Shown: piece after piece, positions 1-8,265 of the stretch | How the letters are laid out: each line of letters begins with the position of its first letter | Position numbering within the stretch: the stretch's first letter is position 1 | NCBI GenBank assembly: GCA_963707985.1 | Contig: CAVPRW010000032.1 | Location: forward strand, 151,919 to 215,918 | Direction: 5' to 3' | DNA: 64,000 nucleotides | Source of the DNA: an uncultured Nitrospinota bacterium | Lineage (GTDB): Bacteria > Tectomicrobia > Entotheonellia > J063 > CAVPRW01 | Program-made: the position numbers and the translations under genes | The notes under the pieces: generated by a model | What the model was told of the DNA's origin: nothing | Databases searched by the model: none | Seen by the model: only the letters and a program-made list of their open reading frames with translations

Positions 1-187
1 CCGAGCATGACCGCATGCACGGCACACACGCGGTCGGTGAGCCGCGCCGTCTTTCGGCGTCGGCTCCACCGAGCAGGACTGTGTCAAAAGTCGATTTTTC
101 GAAATTATGGTCTAGTAAAATCAACAGTTTGCAAATTCCTCATGCCCCAAAAACGCGGTTTTGACACAGTCTGACGACTTGTTGGGC
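1..187 (-). repeat. attC site, partial at the window edge and interrupted by a MITE
   Basis: GTTGGGC box at 181-187 lies just downstream of the 219..941 stop; GC-rich hairpin-type sequence at 1-76. Confidence 0.65.
77..171. mobile_element. 95-bp MITE-like element
   Basis: Perfect 13-bp terminal inverted repeats GACTGTGTCAAAA (77-89) / TTTTGACACAGTC (159-171) around an AT-rich non-coding core. Confidence 0.75.
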
Positions 188-218
188 GGCGCGCAAGGAA
201 GCATCGCTTGCTGAGTGA

Positions 219-941
219 TCATGAGTCTCCCGGGAGGCTTTCGGCCTCCTCGATTTCCCTCTGGATGGCCGCCTCGTGGGCATCAAGAGCGAAACGTATT
301 GATTTGAGAACGCTGAGGTAGTCATCCTCTCCGACCATCTGAACGGAGTTCGTTGCGGCGCTGTAGAGCTGATTGTATCGATTCACAATCTCGCGAGCTC
401 GTTCAAGGAGTTCCGTAATCTGGCTCGCGTTCAGCCCTGGAAGTTTGAGTCGGCCAAGAACCGCCTTGGCATCCCGGTGGCCCAGGTGCCCCTTGCGAAG
501 GTCCACGAGCGCGCTAACCAGCGGGTCGTGCTGTGCAGTTACCCGAAGAACGTCGTCTTGGATCTGCGCCTTCGTCGGCCGGCGTGGATGCGAAGCGAGT
601 GAGTCAACGTGCGCATTCTCCGCGAGGCGCTCCCGAAACGCGCCCGCGTCGAAGGTCGGCAAGTTGTTGCGAACCGTCGCCAGGAAGTTGGGAAGGCTGA
701 GCGCGCCCACGGTGGGATCGTAAAGTCGGCCCAGCCGCCAGAGCGTCACATCGTGGTGGGCACGGAACGTAAGCGACCAGAAGCTGCGAGCTTCGTTGAA
801 CTCCCGCTCGAACTCGCGGACTGCCTCAAGCAGACGTTGGTACAGTCGCCAGTGAATGGTGGCGGTGACCATGTCGTCGGCGATGGCTCTCACCAGTCGA
901 CCGAACTCTTCGTCGTCGTTGGTCTTTATCTCCCGCATCAC
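219..941 (-). CDS. Cassette gene: AbiU2-like HEPN-domain protein
   Basis: 240-aa helical ORF; R-x5-H motif (LRKGHLGHRD) and an RLYD...LSL segment resembling HEPN_AbiU2 proteins. Confidence 0.6.
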   Translation of the reverse strand: MMREIKTNDDEEFGRLVRAIADDMVTATIHWRLYQRLLEAVREFEREFNEARSFWSLTFRAHHDVTLWRLGRLYDPTVGALSLPNFLATVRNNLPTFDAGAFRERLAENAHVDSLASHPRRPTKAQIQDDVLRVTAQHDPLVSALVDLRKGHLGHRDAKAVLGRLKLPGLNASQITELLERAREIVNRYNQLYSAATNSVQMVGEDDYLSVLKSIRFALDAHEAAIQREIEEAESLPGDS

Positions 942-998
942 GTTGGCCCTCGATACGAATCGCCCGATCGCTGCGATGACGATAAGAAATAGCGGTCT

Positions 999-1108
999 GC
1001 CGAACGCTCCAGCTCAGCGGCGGGGGCTGACCCACCACTGGCCTCAGACTCAACCGCCGCGCCACGCAGCCCCGCTGGCTCCCCGTCCGCTGCAGTGGGT
1101 GGTTAGGG
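999..1108 (-). repeat. attC site (110 bp)
   Basis: GCCGAAC...GCTCAGCGGCGGGGG...CCCCGTCCGCTGCAG...GTTAGGG. Confidence 0.9.
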
Positions 1109-1173
1109 CGGTCAGGAGGCGGAGCCATCTTGGAGCTGCTCTCGCGATGACGTGCTCCTGCTACCTCTCTGCT

Positions 1174-1512
1174 TCAGAAGCCGAGCACCAGTTTCAGGCC
1201 AGCCTCGACCCTGGCCATGATCTCTGGTCGCAGCAGGCTCACTCGCGCTGTGAGATACACCTTGTCGATGGTCAGAAGCTGGGACACATTGATGACAGAG
1301 TTTCTCGGAAGCCTTGACTGGCGCCTCTCCAAGAGCACATTGCCAGGGGCTTGTGCCAGGCGCACATTGGACGTGACAACTGCCACAATGACGGTATTAA
1401 TGCGGCTGTCGTTGAAGGAATCGCTTTGAATCACCAAGACAGGGCGCCGAAAGCCCGGACCAGAACCACCAGGCTCGGGAAGCGAGGCCCACCAGACCTC
1501 TCCACGCCGCAC
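1174..1512 (-). CDS. mazF: PemK/MazF-family toxin
   Basis: RRGEVWW...PGFRRPVLVIQSDSFNDSRINTVIVA...INVSQLLTIDK; GTG start overlaps the antitoxin stop. Confidence 0.92.
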   Translation of the reverse strand: MRRGEVWWASLPEPGGSGPGFRRPVLVIQSDSFNDSRINTVIVAVVTSNVRLAQAPGNVLLERRQSRLPRNSVINVSQLLTIDKVYLTARVSLLRPEIMARVEAGLKLVLGF

Positions 1513-1748
1513 TACCAGTCTTCCTTCGGCAGTGACGACCACTGCATGTGCGCCAAGGCCTCATCGAGGCTAGACGCTTCTTGGTTGTAAATGGCGTCGA
1601 GGGCCTCGCGCACGCTGTCGTGTTTGTGCGCATCGAGGTAGGCTTCCAGCGCGCGTGAGAAGAGTTCACTCCTCGACATCCCAAGTCGTTTGGCAAGTGC
1701 CTCGGCGTCGTGAAAAATAGGATCGGGGACAGAGACCGCAGTTTTCAT
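1512..1748 (-). CDS. Ribbon-helix-helix antitoxin paired with the MazF toxin
   Basis: MKTAVSVPDPIF...LGMSRSELFSRAL RHH signature, directly upstream of the toxin. Confidence 0.88.
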   Translation of the reverse strand: MKTAVSVPDPIFHDAEALAKRLGMSRSELFSRALEAYLDAHKHDSVREALDAIYNQEASSLDEALAHMQWSSLPKEDW

Positions 1749-1755
1749 AAGCTAC

Positions 1756-1784
1756 AGTATAACCAGAGTTATACCTCCAGGCAA
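1756..1784 (-). promoter_or_regulatory. Cassette-internal sigma70 promoter with palindromic operator; leaderless start
   Basis: Minus strand reads TTGCCT-N17-TATACT-N7-ATG; palindrome GTATAAC-N4-GTTATAC at 1757-1774. Confidence 0.7.
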
Positions 1785-1800
1785 GACTTTCTACCTCAAG

Positions 1801-1882
1801 CCCGAACGCCCAAGCTCACCTGCTGCCGGAAGCCGCAGCGCAGCGGAGGCTGGAGGCAGTCAGGTGCAGCGCCTTGTTAGCC
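1801..1882 (-). repeat. attC site (82 bp)
   Basis: CCCGAAC...GCTCACCTG...CAGGTGCAGC...GTTAGCC; the TAA stop of the upstream gene lies inside the box. Confidence 0.9.
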
Positions 1883-2773
1883 TTTTCCGGGTCTTCGAAT
1901 ATACAGGCTTCCTCCAGTATTCTTCAGACAGAGCGGCATCTTTTCTAGGAGAAAGTCTTTGAAGACGGTCGCTACATAAGTATTGAAGAAAAAGATCTCC
2001 CATTCATTGTTATATGACAGAAAAGCTCGAAGAAAATAATCTTCGTTCCAATATATCCCCTTGAGTAACCATTCTGCTGGATACTCAAATGGGTAGAAGA
2101 CATCGTGGAAGTGCACAAAAACACCAGTAGACAATTGGGGGAGGACTTCAAACATCAGAAACTGTACATCGCTACCACACTTTATGACATGCGTTGAATC
2201 AATGAATAACAGATCTCCAGCATGTAATGAACTGAAGGTATCAATAGGTACTTCTTGAACTTTTCTCTCAATGATTCGAGTTGCTCCTTCATCATGAGAT
2301 TTCAATAACTGTCTGAGCCGATCCGGATAAGGCTCTATAAACGTCATTTCGGGTGGCTGAAGGAAAAACCTTTCAACAGTATCAAGGATAACCGCTGACG
2401 AAAAGCCTGATCCAACTTCTATGATTCTTCGTGGCTTGATATGTCTCAGAAAACTATAGAGAAAAATAGCATCTGCGTAACAGAAAACACTTTGATCATA
2501 GTAGTAGCGACATTCCTGGTTCTTTGTTTCTGGGAAAGGCAAATCATCATAGAAAGCTTGAAATGCTGTGAGAAGCTCAAACTGATTTTGCCTATTCAAA
2601 TCGATGGCTGGAAGGTCCATCTTGTCTGTTTTCGTTGATTCTAAATGTACTACAATCTCCTCATGTTTTGGAATTGGTGAATAGTAGTGGCCTGCTGGAT
2701 ATAGACCGGCATCTCTCATCTGTTTACGTAGACGACCTATATAGGGCAATCTGTCAAGTATGTACTGAAGCAT
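1877..2773 (-). CDS. Cassette gene: class I SAM-dependent methyltransferase (Methyltransf_24-like)
   Basis: IIEVGSGFSS motif I, LFIDSTH and HFHDVF motifs; low GC; ATG at 2773 preceded by GAGGA. Confidence 0.85.
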   Translation of the reverse strand: MLQYILDRLPYIGRLRKQMRDAGLYPAGHYYSPIPKHEEIVVHLESTKTDKMDLPAIDLNRQNQFELLTAFQAFYDDLPFPETKNQECRYYYDQSVFCYADAIFLYSFLRHIKPRRIIEVGSGFSSAVILDTVERFFLQPPEMTFIEPYPDRLRQLLKSHDEGATRIIERKVQEVPIDTFSSLHAGDLLFIDSTHVIKCGSDVQFLMFEVLPQLSTGVFVHFHDVFYPFEYPAEWLLKGIYWNEDYFLRAFLSYNNEWEIFFFNTYVATVFKDFLLEKMPLCLKNTGGSLYIRRPGKG

Positions 2774-2791
2774 CGTTATCCTCTTCATGAA

Positions 2792-2875
2792 GGCTAATGC
2801 GGCGCTCACCTGCGCGGGGGACGGCGAGCCGCAGGCTTGACGGCCGCCGCGGCAGGTGCAGCAGCCTGGTTCGGC
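2792..2875 (-). repeat. attC site (84 bp; variant box GGCTAAT)
   Basis: GGCTAAT...GCTCACCTGC...GCAGGTGCAGC...GTTCGGC. Confidence 0.85.
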
Positions 2876-2892
2876 GGCGCGAAGCGTGTCCG

Positions 2893-2974
2893 CCAGAACG
2901 CCGCGCCTCAGCTGCGCCCGAAAGCTGAAGCGGAGCGTAAGCTGTAGGGCGTCAGCTGCAGGCGATTGTTGGGC
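2893..2974 (-). repeat. attC site (82 bp), in tandem with the previous one
   Basis: CCAGAAC...GCCTCAGCTG...CAGCTGCAGGC...GTTGGGC. Confidence 0.85.
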
Positions 2975-2978
2975 GGGC

Positions 2979-4310
2979 TCATCGCTTAGCTTTGTATAAA
3001 CGCCAAGCGCCTGGCACTCCTTTCAGGACATGAGACCCGTTGTCCTCAAATTTGAGACCCGATCCTGCAACCAAATCCTTCACCGTGCTGGAGACAACAA
3101 CCTCGCTCGGGCCTGCTTTCGAGAGTACGCGCGCGGCAATGTGCACCGCAATCCCACCCAATTTGTCGCCCATCGGCTCACATTCACCCGTATGCACGCC
3201 CGCGCGCACCTCGATATCCAATTGCTTCACGCTATCCTCTATTGCCAGCGCACAGCAAATTGCGCGGGCTGGTCCATCAAATGTCGCGAAGAAACCATCT
3301 CCCGCAGTGTCCATCTCGCGTCCGCGAAAACGTGCAATCTCCTTCCGGGCCACTGTGTAATACAGATCGAGCAGATGGCGCCATGCGGCATCGCCTAGCT
3401 CGACCGCGCGTTCGGTCGAGCGGACCATATCTACGAATAAGACGGTAGCCAAAATGCGATCGGCCATCTCAGTCGAGCGCACCCCTGTCGCAAACTCTTC
3501 AATCTCCGCCAGCACGCGCTCTGGGTCAGTGATGAATATGGAGTGTCTGGCGCCAGGGAATTCGACAAACCGTGCGCCTGGAATGCGCGCAGCCAAATCG
3601 CGTGCAGCATCGATATGTGCACATGGGTCAGCAGTGCGGTTCATCACTAAGGTGGGCACGCTAATCGTAGGTAGGATAGGGCGAATATCGATCTGCGCAT
3701 TCATTCGTTCATAGGCAGCGACGGCCGACGGATTCGCCGCCGCGCGAAAGTAGCGCAGCACGGCATCCAGAACCGCAGGATCAACGTCTCTACCATAGCC
3801 GGCCCCTGGCCCCACAATGTATGCGAGTGAGGGCCAGTGCTCCTGCACATCCTGAATCATGCGCTCATTGTCTTCCGGCGTTTGGCCCCACGGATAGTCG
3901 TCAGCCCGTACCCACCGTGCCTGCGCACCCCAAACGATCAGCGAACGGGTCCGTTCAGGATAGGTCGCGGTAAAGAGGCATGCCATCGACGCCCCTTCCG
4001 AGTTTCCTAATATGGTCGCTCGCTCGCTACCCACGGCATCCATTACCGCGCGGATGTCGTCAGTGCGTTCTTCGAGGGTCGCCATCTTTAGTGGACGGTC
4101 GGACAGTCCGGTACCGCGTTTGTCAAAGCGAATCAGGCGACAGAACGCACTAAGGCGCTCGAAGAATTGCGCTCTGACCGGCCAGTCCCAGTCGAGGTCA
4201 AGATGCGACGTTGTCCCTGGTGCCCAGACCAGATCTACCGGTCCGTTTCCCGTCACCTGATAGGCGACGTATGTGTCACCGCTAAGGGCGTATTTCGTTT
4301 CTGGCAACAT
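2979..4310 (-). CDS. Cassette gene: alpha/beta-hydrolase fused to class III adenylate/guanylate cyclase (LipJ-like)
   Basis: RFDKRGTGLSD and GNSEG hydrolase motifs; LATVLFVD...AGDGFFATF...RAGVHTGEC cyclase motifs. Confidence 0.92.
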   Translation of the reverse strand: MLPETKYALSGDTYVAYQVTGNGPVDLVWAPGTTSHLDLDWDWPVRAQFFERLSAFCRLIRFDKRGTGLSDRPLKMATLEERTDDIRAVMDAVGSERATILGNSEGASMACLFTATYPERTRSLIVWGAQARWVRADDYPWGQTPEDNERMIQDVQEHWPSLAYIVGPGAGYGRDVDPAVLDAVLRYFRAAANPSAVAAYERMNAQIDIRPILPTISVPTLVMNRTADPCAHIDAARDLAARIPGARFVEFPGARHSIFITDPERVLAEIEEFATGVRSTEMADRILATVLFVDMVRSTERAVELGDAAWRHLLDLYYTVARKEIARFRGREMDTAGDGFFATFDGPARAICCALAIEDSVKQLDIEVRAGVHTGECEPMGDKLGGIAVHIAARVLSKAGPSEVVVSSTVKDLVAGSGLKFEDNGSHVLKGVPGAWRLYKAKR

Positions 4311-4444
4311 GACACATCCCTCCAATCATGTGGGGCATGCTTCAGCGGCTTCCTCCGTGTGGCCTGCGGGTGAGCAAATCCCGTCGACGTATATAGCTCG
4401 GCAGAAGGTGTCCTTTTCGAATAGCCAGCGGCGCGTGCATTGAC

Positions 4445-4526
4445 GCCCAACGCCACGCGTCAGGCGCGCCTGGAAGCGGGAGCGTAGCGGACGCTGTAAG
4501 GCGTCGCCTGCACGCGCTGGTTAGGC
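4445..4526 (-). repeat. attC site (82 bp)
   Basis: GCCCAAC...GCGTCAGGCG...CGCCTGCACGC...GTTAGGC. Confidence 0.9.
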
Positions 4527-4571
4527 GGGGAACCCCCCGAAGTGCTAGGGATAGATCCCATTCTATGGTTG

Positions 4572-5170
4572 TCACAACCTGAGCAGCTCTTCGGCTACTC
4601 CCTCAACTGCTTGGCTGTCTTTGATGTCAACTAATCGTCGAATTTTGAACATGGCTTTCTCGCACCACCAAGAATCAGTCCCCTCTAGACTCAAGGCTGT
4701 TAGATTCTCATTGAAACAGTATGTGTTTGGGTTAGCTAGGGGGATGTTGTCGGGGACCTCCAGCAACAGCGTATGGTACACCCAGTTGCGGCGTACATTG
4801 GCATCATTACGGAAGCGTTGTATATCCCGTGGCTCAAATACTCCGGTTATAAGAAGAAGAGGAAACACTATATCGATACCAATCTGCTGACAAACAGCCT
4901 TAAAACCAGGGGATCGACCACGGATCTGCTCTTCCTTAACCTTAACTAACATCATAGCAAAGCGAATTCGACCATCATGGTCGAAGATGAAATGCCGTCT
5001 ATGCTCTGAGTTTGTGGTATTTAAACCAGACAACTGTCCTCGGTCAACTGTGTAAACTTAGATTGGAGAGTCTTTTCTTGGAGTGAAGCCTTCAGGTCAT
5101 CAAACAAAAGTTGACAATTTTTATGGAAACGGTCTACCTCCTTGAGGGCTTTTATAGTATCGTTGATCAT
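4572..5170 (-). CDS. Hypothetical protein, second gene of a two-gene cassette; frameshifted near 5030-5040
   Basis: ATG at 5170 with AGGAGG RBS reads 49 codons to a stop; a one-base shift joins it to ORF 4572..5033. Confidence 0.6.
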
Positions 5171-5179
5171 GGAGCCTCC

Positions 5180-6094
5180 TTAAAAAATTCGATAGAAACA
5201 GAGTGATCCCATAGGTGCCTTGATCAAGTCAGATTCAAAAAAACGCTTGTAAGGTAACTGACAATGCTCAGCCACATCAAATGAATACACTCGATTATAG
5301 TCAAGCTGGCAATTTTGCTTCACAGGTTTTGTCACTAAACTCAGGCTGTAAGTGCGAGCGTAGGGTATGGGTACAGGGTGGTTTGCATTAAAAGGGTAAG
5401 TACGGAGGTAACCTGGCAGATGATTTCTTGTATATTGTAATGCTGACCACCCGAGGAAACAGACATATCCTTTAGCATCTAGATAGTTGTGAAGTGTTTC
5501 CAAGACCCGCCTTTCTGTAGTCGGGCGGTTGCTCTCTAAGTTCCAATAGGCGATCAAACGATACAGATGAAACCAGCTCAGCCAGTAAATCTTGGCGTCT
5601 TCTCCTGCCGCACGTAGACTGGTCTGAATATCCTCTTTTGGTAGTGAACGGTGATGGGTCAGGTAAATGAGTGTAATTTCAGAGCAATACCGCAAACATT
5701 GTTTAGCCGCTCGCCAATACCTAGCCAGTTGATCACCATCGTCTAGTGGATCAGTAACTGTTTGAAGTGAAGGGGAGCTGCCCGACTTTCCAGCTCCGTG
5801 CTTGGCTTCAATGACGACTGCCATGGATGTTCGGTCGCTCCTATTCTGTAGCTCAACGATGACATCGGGTTCGCCTCCGTTGGGCAACCAAGGCCAAAAT
5901 TGAATTCTTGTCACTGCCTCATAGGAAGATAAATCAATAGTTTCTCCATTTAGCCCCACTGCGGCCCGCAGGAAACTGACCAAGTTGCTGTCAGGGAGGA
6001 GACGCAGAAGACCTAGACAGTTGGAAGTCAGCACATCCTGACCAATGTGAGTTTTACCTTGTAGATCTGCGTGAATCATGAAGACACTTTCCAA
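5180..6094 (-). CDS. Cassette gene: PD-(D/E)XK nuclease-family protein with repeated C-terminal tail
   Basis: GEPDVIVE...VVIEAKHG...DQLARY catalytic pattern; low GC. Confidence 0.75.
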   Translation of the reverse strand: MESVFMIHADLQGKTHIGQDVLTSNCLGLLRLLPDSNLVSFLRAAVGLNGETIDLSSYEAVTRIQFWPWLPNGGEPDVIVELQNRSDRTSMAVVIEAKHGAGKSGSSPSLQTVTDPLDDGDQLARYWRAAKQCLRYCSEITLIYLTHHRSLPKEDIQTSLRAAGEDAKIYWLSWFHLYRLIAYWNLESNRPTTERRVLETLHNYLDAKGYVCFLGWSALQYTRNHLPGYLRTYPFNANHPVPIPYARTYSLSLVTKPVKQNCQLDYNRVYSFDVAEHCQLPYKRFFESDLIKAPMGSLCFYRIF

Positions 6095-6126
6095 AGTTTA
6101 TGAAGAATAAATCTTCTTGTTGCGAC

Positions 6127-6236
6127 GCCTAACGCCCGCGCTCAGCGGCGGGGGTCGCCCCCCCACCCACCGCTGACGGGGCTGCTGAGCTGCGAAGCCC
6201 CGCTGGCCCCCCGTCCGCTGCAGTGGCTGGTTAGAA
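6127..6236 (-). repeat. attC site (110 bp)
   Basis: GCCTAAC...GCTCAGCGGCGGGGG...CCCCGTCCGCTGCAG...GTTAGAA; same family as 999-1108. Confidence 0.9.
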
Positions 6237-6249
6237 GGCAGAGTGCACT

Positions 6250-6660
6250 TCAGATGAGGCGTAGCTCACCGATGAACGCCTCCCCAGACCCGAACTGGCC
6301 CACGACTGTGACACGGCGTTGCCCTGCTTTGGCCGCCAACGAGACTGGATAGCCTGCGTGCCTCGCCGAGACAGTCGCGTGGGTCTCTGGCCTCCCCAGC
6401 CACAGGACAGGCGCCTCAAACCGCAACACGTATGCCACCCCAGGCACAAAGCGCTCCACCACGGCTGGCGGTAGGTGCGGCTGGGCTGGGTCGAAGCCTC
6501 GAGGGCCACTCTCCAGCTCGGTCAGCTGAGCACGACGCCCGACGACCCTGTCGGGGCGTTCTGCGGCGCTAAACCGTGCCCGTCCACCGCAACCCACGTA
6601 CACCACAGCCCCGAAGGTAATCACGACGAGTGACCAAATCAGGATGAGGTATGTGGGCAC
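6250..6660 (-). CDS. Cassette gene: hypothetical membrane-anchored or secreted protein
   Basis: ORF fills the cassette between two attC sites; hydrophobic N-terminal segment. Confidence 0.6.
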   Translation of the reverse strand: MPTYLILIWSLVVITFGAVVYVGCGGRARFSAAERPDRVVGRRAQLTELESGPRGFDPAQPHLPPAVVERFVPGVAYVLRFEAPVLWLGRPETHATVSARHAGYPVSLAAKAGQRRVTVVGQFGSGEAFIGELRLI

Positions 6661-6674
6661 GCCCTATTCCTGCC

Positions 6675-6829
6675 TTCTAACACTGGCTGTTGAGCCGCGA
6701 GCCTCGCAGGGAGAGAGACGCGGAGCGGCTGTCGCCCGAGAAGCGCAGTCGGCTCTAACGCCCTTGATAGGCGGAGCGCGAGCGACGCCTGCAGGGGCGT
6801 TAGAGGGGACTCAACAGCCAGCGATAAGC
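6675..6829 (-). repeat. Composite attC site with a nested attC-like hairpin (6753-6805)
   Basis: Outer arms TTCTAAC-a-CTGGCTGTTGAG / CTCAACAGCCAG-c-GATAAGC; inner CTCTAACGCCC...GGGCGTTAGAG. Confidence 0.72.
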
Positions 6830-6866
6830 GGATGGGCGGAGCCCAAGCGAGCCCTGCGAGCGGTCC

Positions 6867-6976
6867 GCTTATCGCCCACGCTCAGCGGCGGGGGTGGCAC
6901 TACCACTGACGTGCGATGTGGCTGATGACTGACGCGCCGCCACTGTCCCCCCGTCCGCTGCAGCGCCTGGTTCGGT
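6867..6976 (-). repeat. attC site (110 bp; non-canonical box GCTTATC)
   Basis: GCTTATC...GCTCAGCGGCGGGGG...CCCCCGTCCGCTGCAG...GTTCGGT; third member of the 110-bp family. Confidence 0.85.
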
Positions 6977-7003
6977 GCGAGGTCGGGCAGGAACCAGGAG
7001 CAC

Positions 7004-7401
7004 TTACTGTTTTCCTGACGCGGGCGCTGTGGGGTGAGAGGATGCCTCAGATAGACCAATAAGACTCTCTAAGGGAATGTGTAAATGCGCGTGCAAGCGC
7101 CGAATCATATTCAACGAGAGCTTGCGCTGACGATTCAGCACTTCTGCTACCCGCCCGCGCTTCCCAAGGTACGGCTCAAATCCTTCCGCGTTAACCCCAT
7201 TTGTTCCATCCGAAACTTAATGGCCTCGACCGGATCTGGGAGATCAATGGGGTAGTGCGCTTGTTCGTATGCCTCGACCAATGTAAGCAGGATATCGAGC
7301 TTATCGCCCTTCGGGGTGTTTGCGGCTGCCCCCCAGAGCTGCTCAATTTCCCCTAGAGCCCGCTCATAGTCGGCTTCGGTTTTGATAGGGCGAATGTCCA
7401 T
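7004..7401 (-). CDS. higA: HigA-type HTH antitoxin; one-base frameshift near 7175
   Basis: MDIRPIKTEADYERAL...PDPVEAIKFRMEQMGL; a shifted frame continues RGRVAEVLNRQRKLSLNMIRRLH to TAA at 7004. Confidence 0.85.
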
Positions 7402-7703
7402 TACACCACCTCGGCATCAATCGTGTCGTACTGGGCATGGGTCCCGATGAATCTGATGAACAACGCTTGTCGCTGGTAATCCACTGCGGCGATTAATCGA
7501 TACTTGTTGCCACCAATATTAAAGACGACCCGATTGTTTTTCAGAATGCTTGCCTGCCGAAACTGGGCCTTAATGTCTTGTGGGGTGCGCCACTGCGCTT
7601 TCCAGGCTTCCGCATACCAGGCTTCCAGCGGCCCTTTGGCATCGGCATACTGGGACGCAGATTCCCAAAACCGCCGCAAGGTTCGTTTTGCTATCACTCG
7701 CAT
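7401..7703 (-). CDS. higB: HigB toxin (mRNA interferase)
   Basis: MRVIAKRTL...NNRVVFNIGGNKYRLI...FIGTHAQYD; toxin upstream of antitoxin. Confidence 0.92.
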   Translation of the reverse strand: MRVIAKRTLRRFWESASQYADAKGPLEAWYAEAWKAQWRTPQDIKAQFRQASILKNNRVVFNIGGNKYRLIAAVDYQRQALFIRFIGTHAQYDTIDAEVV

Positions 7704-7710
7704 ACGCGAG

Positions 7711-7739
7711 ATTATAGGGCGGTCCCATTCCGGGATCAA
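7711..7739 (-). promoter_or_regulatory. Cassette-internal sigma70 promoter of higBA; leaderless start
   Basis: Minus strand reads TTGATC-N17-TATAAT-N7-ATG, with a TCCC-N5-GGGA palindrome in the spacer. Confidence 0.72.
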
Positions 7740-7774
7740 GATGGTTGAGAGCTGAGAAGTCGAGAGATTTTGGC

Positions 7775-7833
7775 ACCGAACGCCAGGCCTGAGCCGCGCG
7801 CTCCGGCGCGTCGGCTCCAGGCCCTGGTTAGAT
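7775..7833 (-). repeat. attC site (59 bp)
   Basis: ACCGAAC...GGCCTGAGCCG...CGGCTCCAGGCC...GTTAGAT. Confidence 0.9.
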
Positions 7834-7857
7834 GCGGATGCTGCTGGCTTCCAGGGA

Positions 7858-8265
7858 CTATGGCTCTTTTGTGAAACCTGCTTGGACAAAGTGTTGATCG
7901 AAGGCAAAGGCGGTACGGATGCCGAACTTCTGCATGACGAGGAAGGAGATGCAATCCGTGAGTGAGTAATTTTTATCATGATAGCGCTGGAAATACGTCC
8001 AGCCTTCGTAGAATAATGCTGTATCGACAGGAATCAACTGTACGGAGGGACTCTGCAAGAGATGGTTCCCGACTTGCACAGCCTTCGCATGCGCCCCCCG
8101 ACTGTTGAAAAACGTCACGACTTCATCGAACACATAGGAGGTTGTCCCCAGGCGCGGCAGCGCAGTCACGACACCTTGCCAGTGCCATATGGCCGCCTGA
8201 TGGTGTTGGTCATTGGCGATTTCGAGTGCCAAGAGATATCCGGTGTCCACAAACACGGCATTCAT
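7858..8265 (-). CDS. vapC: VapC-type PIN-domain toxin
   Basis: VFVDTG...VFDEVVT...SLTDCISF...AFAFDQHF acidic PIN residues. Confidence 0.9.
   Translation of the reverse strand: MNAVFVDTGYLLALEIANDQHHQAAIWHWQGVVTALPRLGTTSYVFDEVVTFFNSRGAHAKAVQVGNHLLQSPSVQLIPVDTALFYEGWTYFQRYHDKNYSLTDCISFLVMQKFGIRTAFAFDQHFVQAGFTKEP

Noticed and set aside
999..7833. Intergenic repeats as a CRISPR array or simple terminators
   Set aside because: Units differ in length and sequence, are separated by whole genes, lack U tracts and carry attC core boxes; no cas genes are present.
7704..7979. N-terminal extension of the 192-aa ORF 7401..7979
   Set aside because: It runs through an attC and overlaps vapC; HigB homology and a promoter place the start at 7703.
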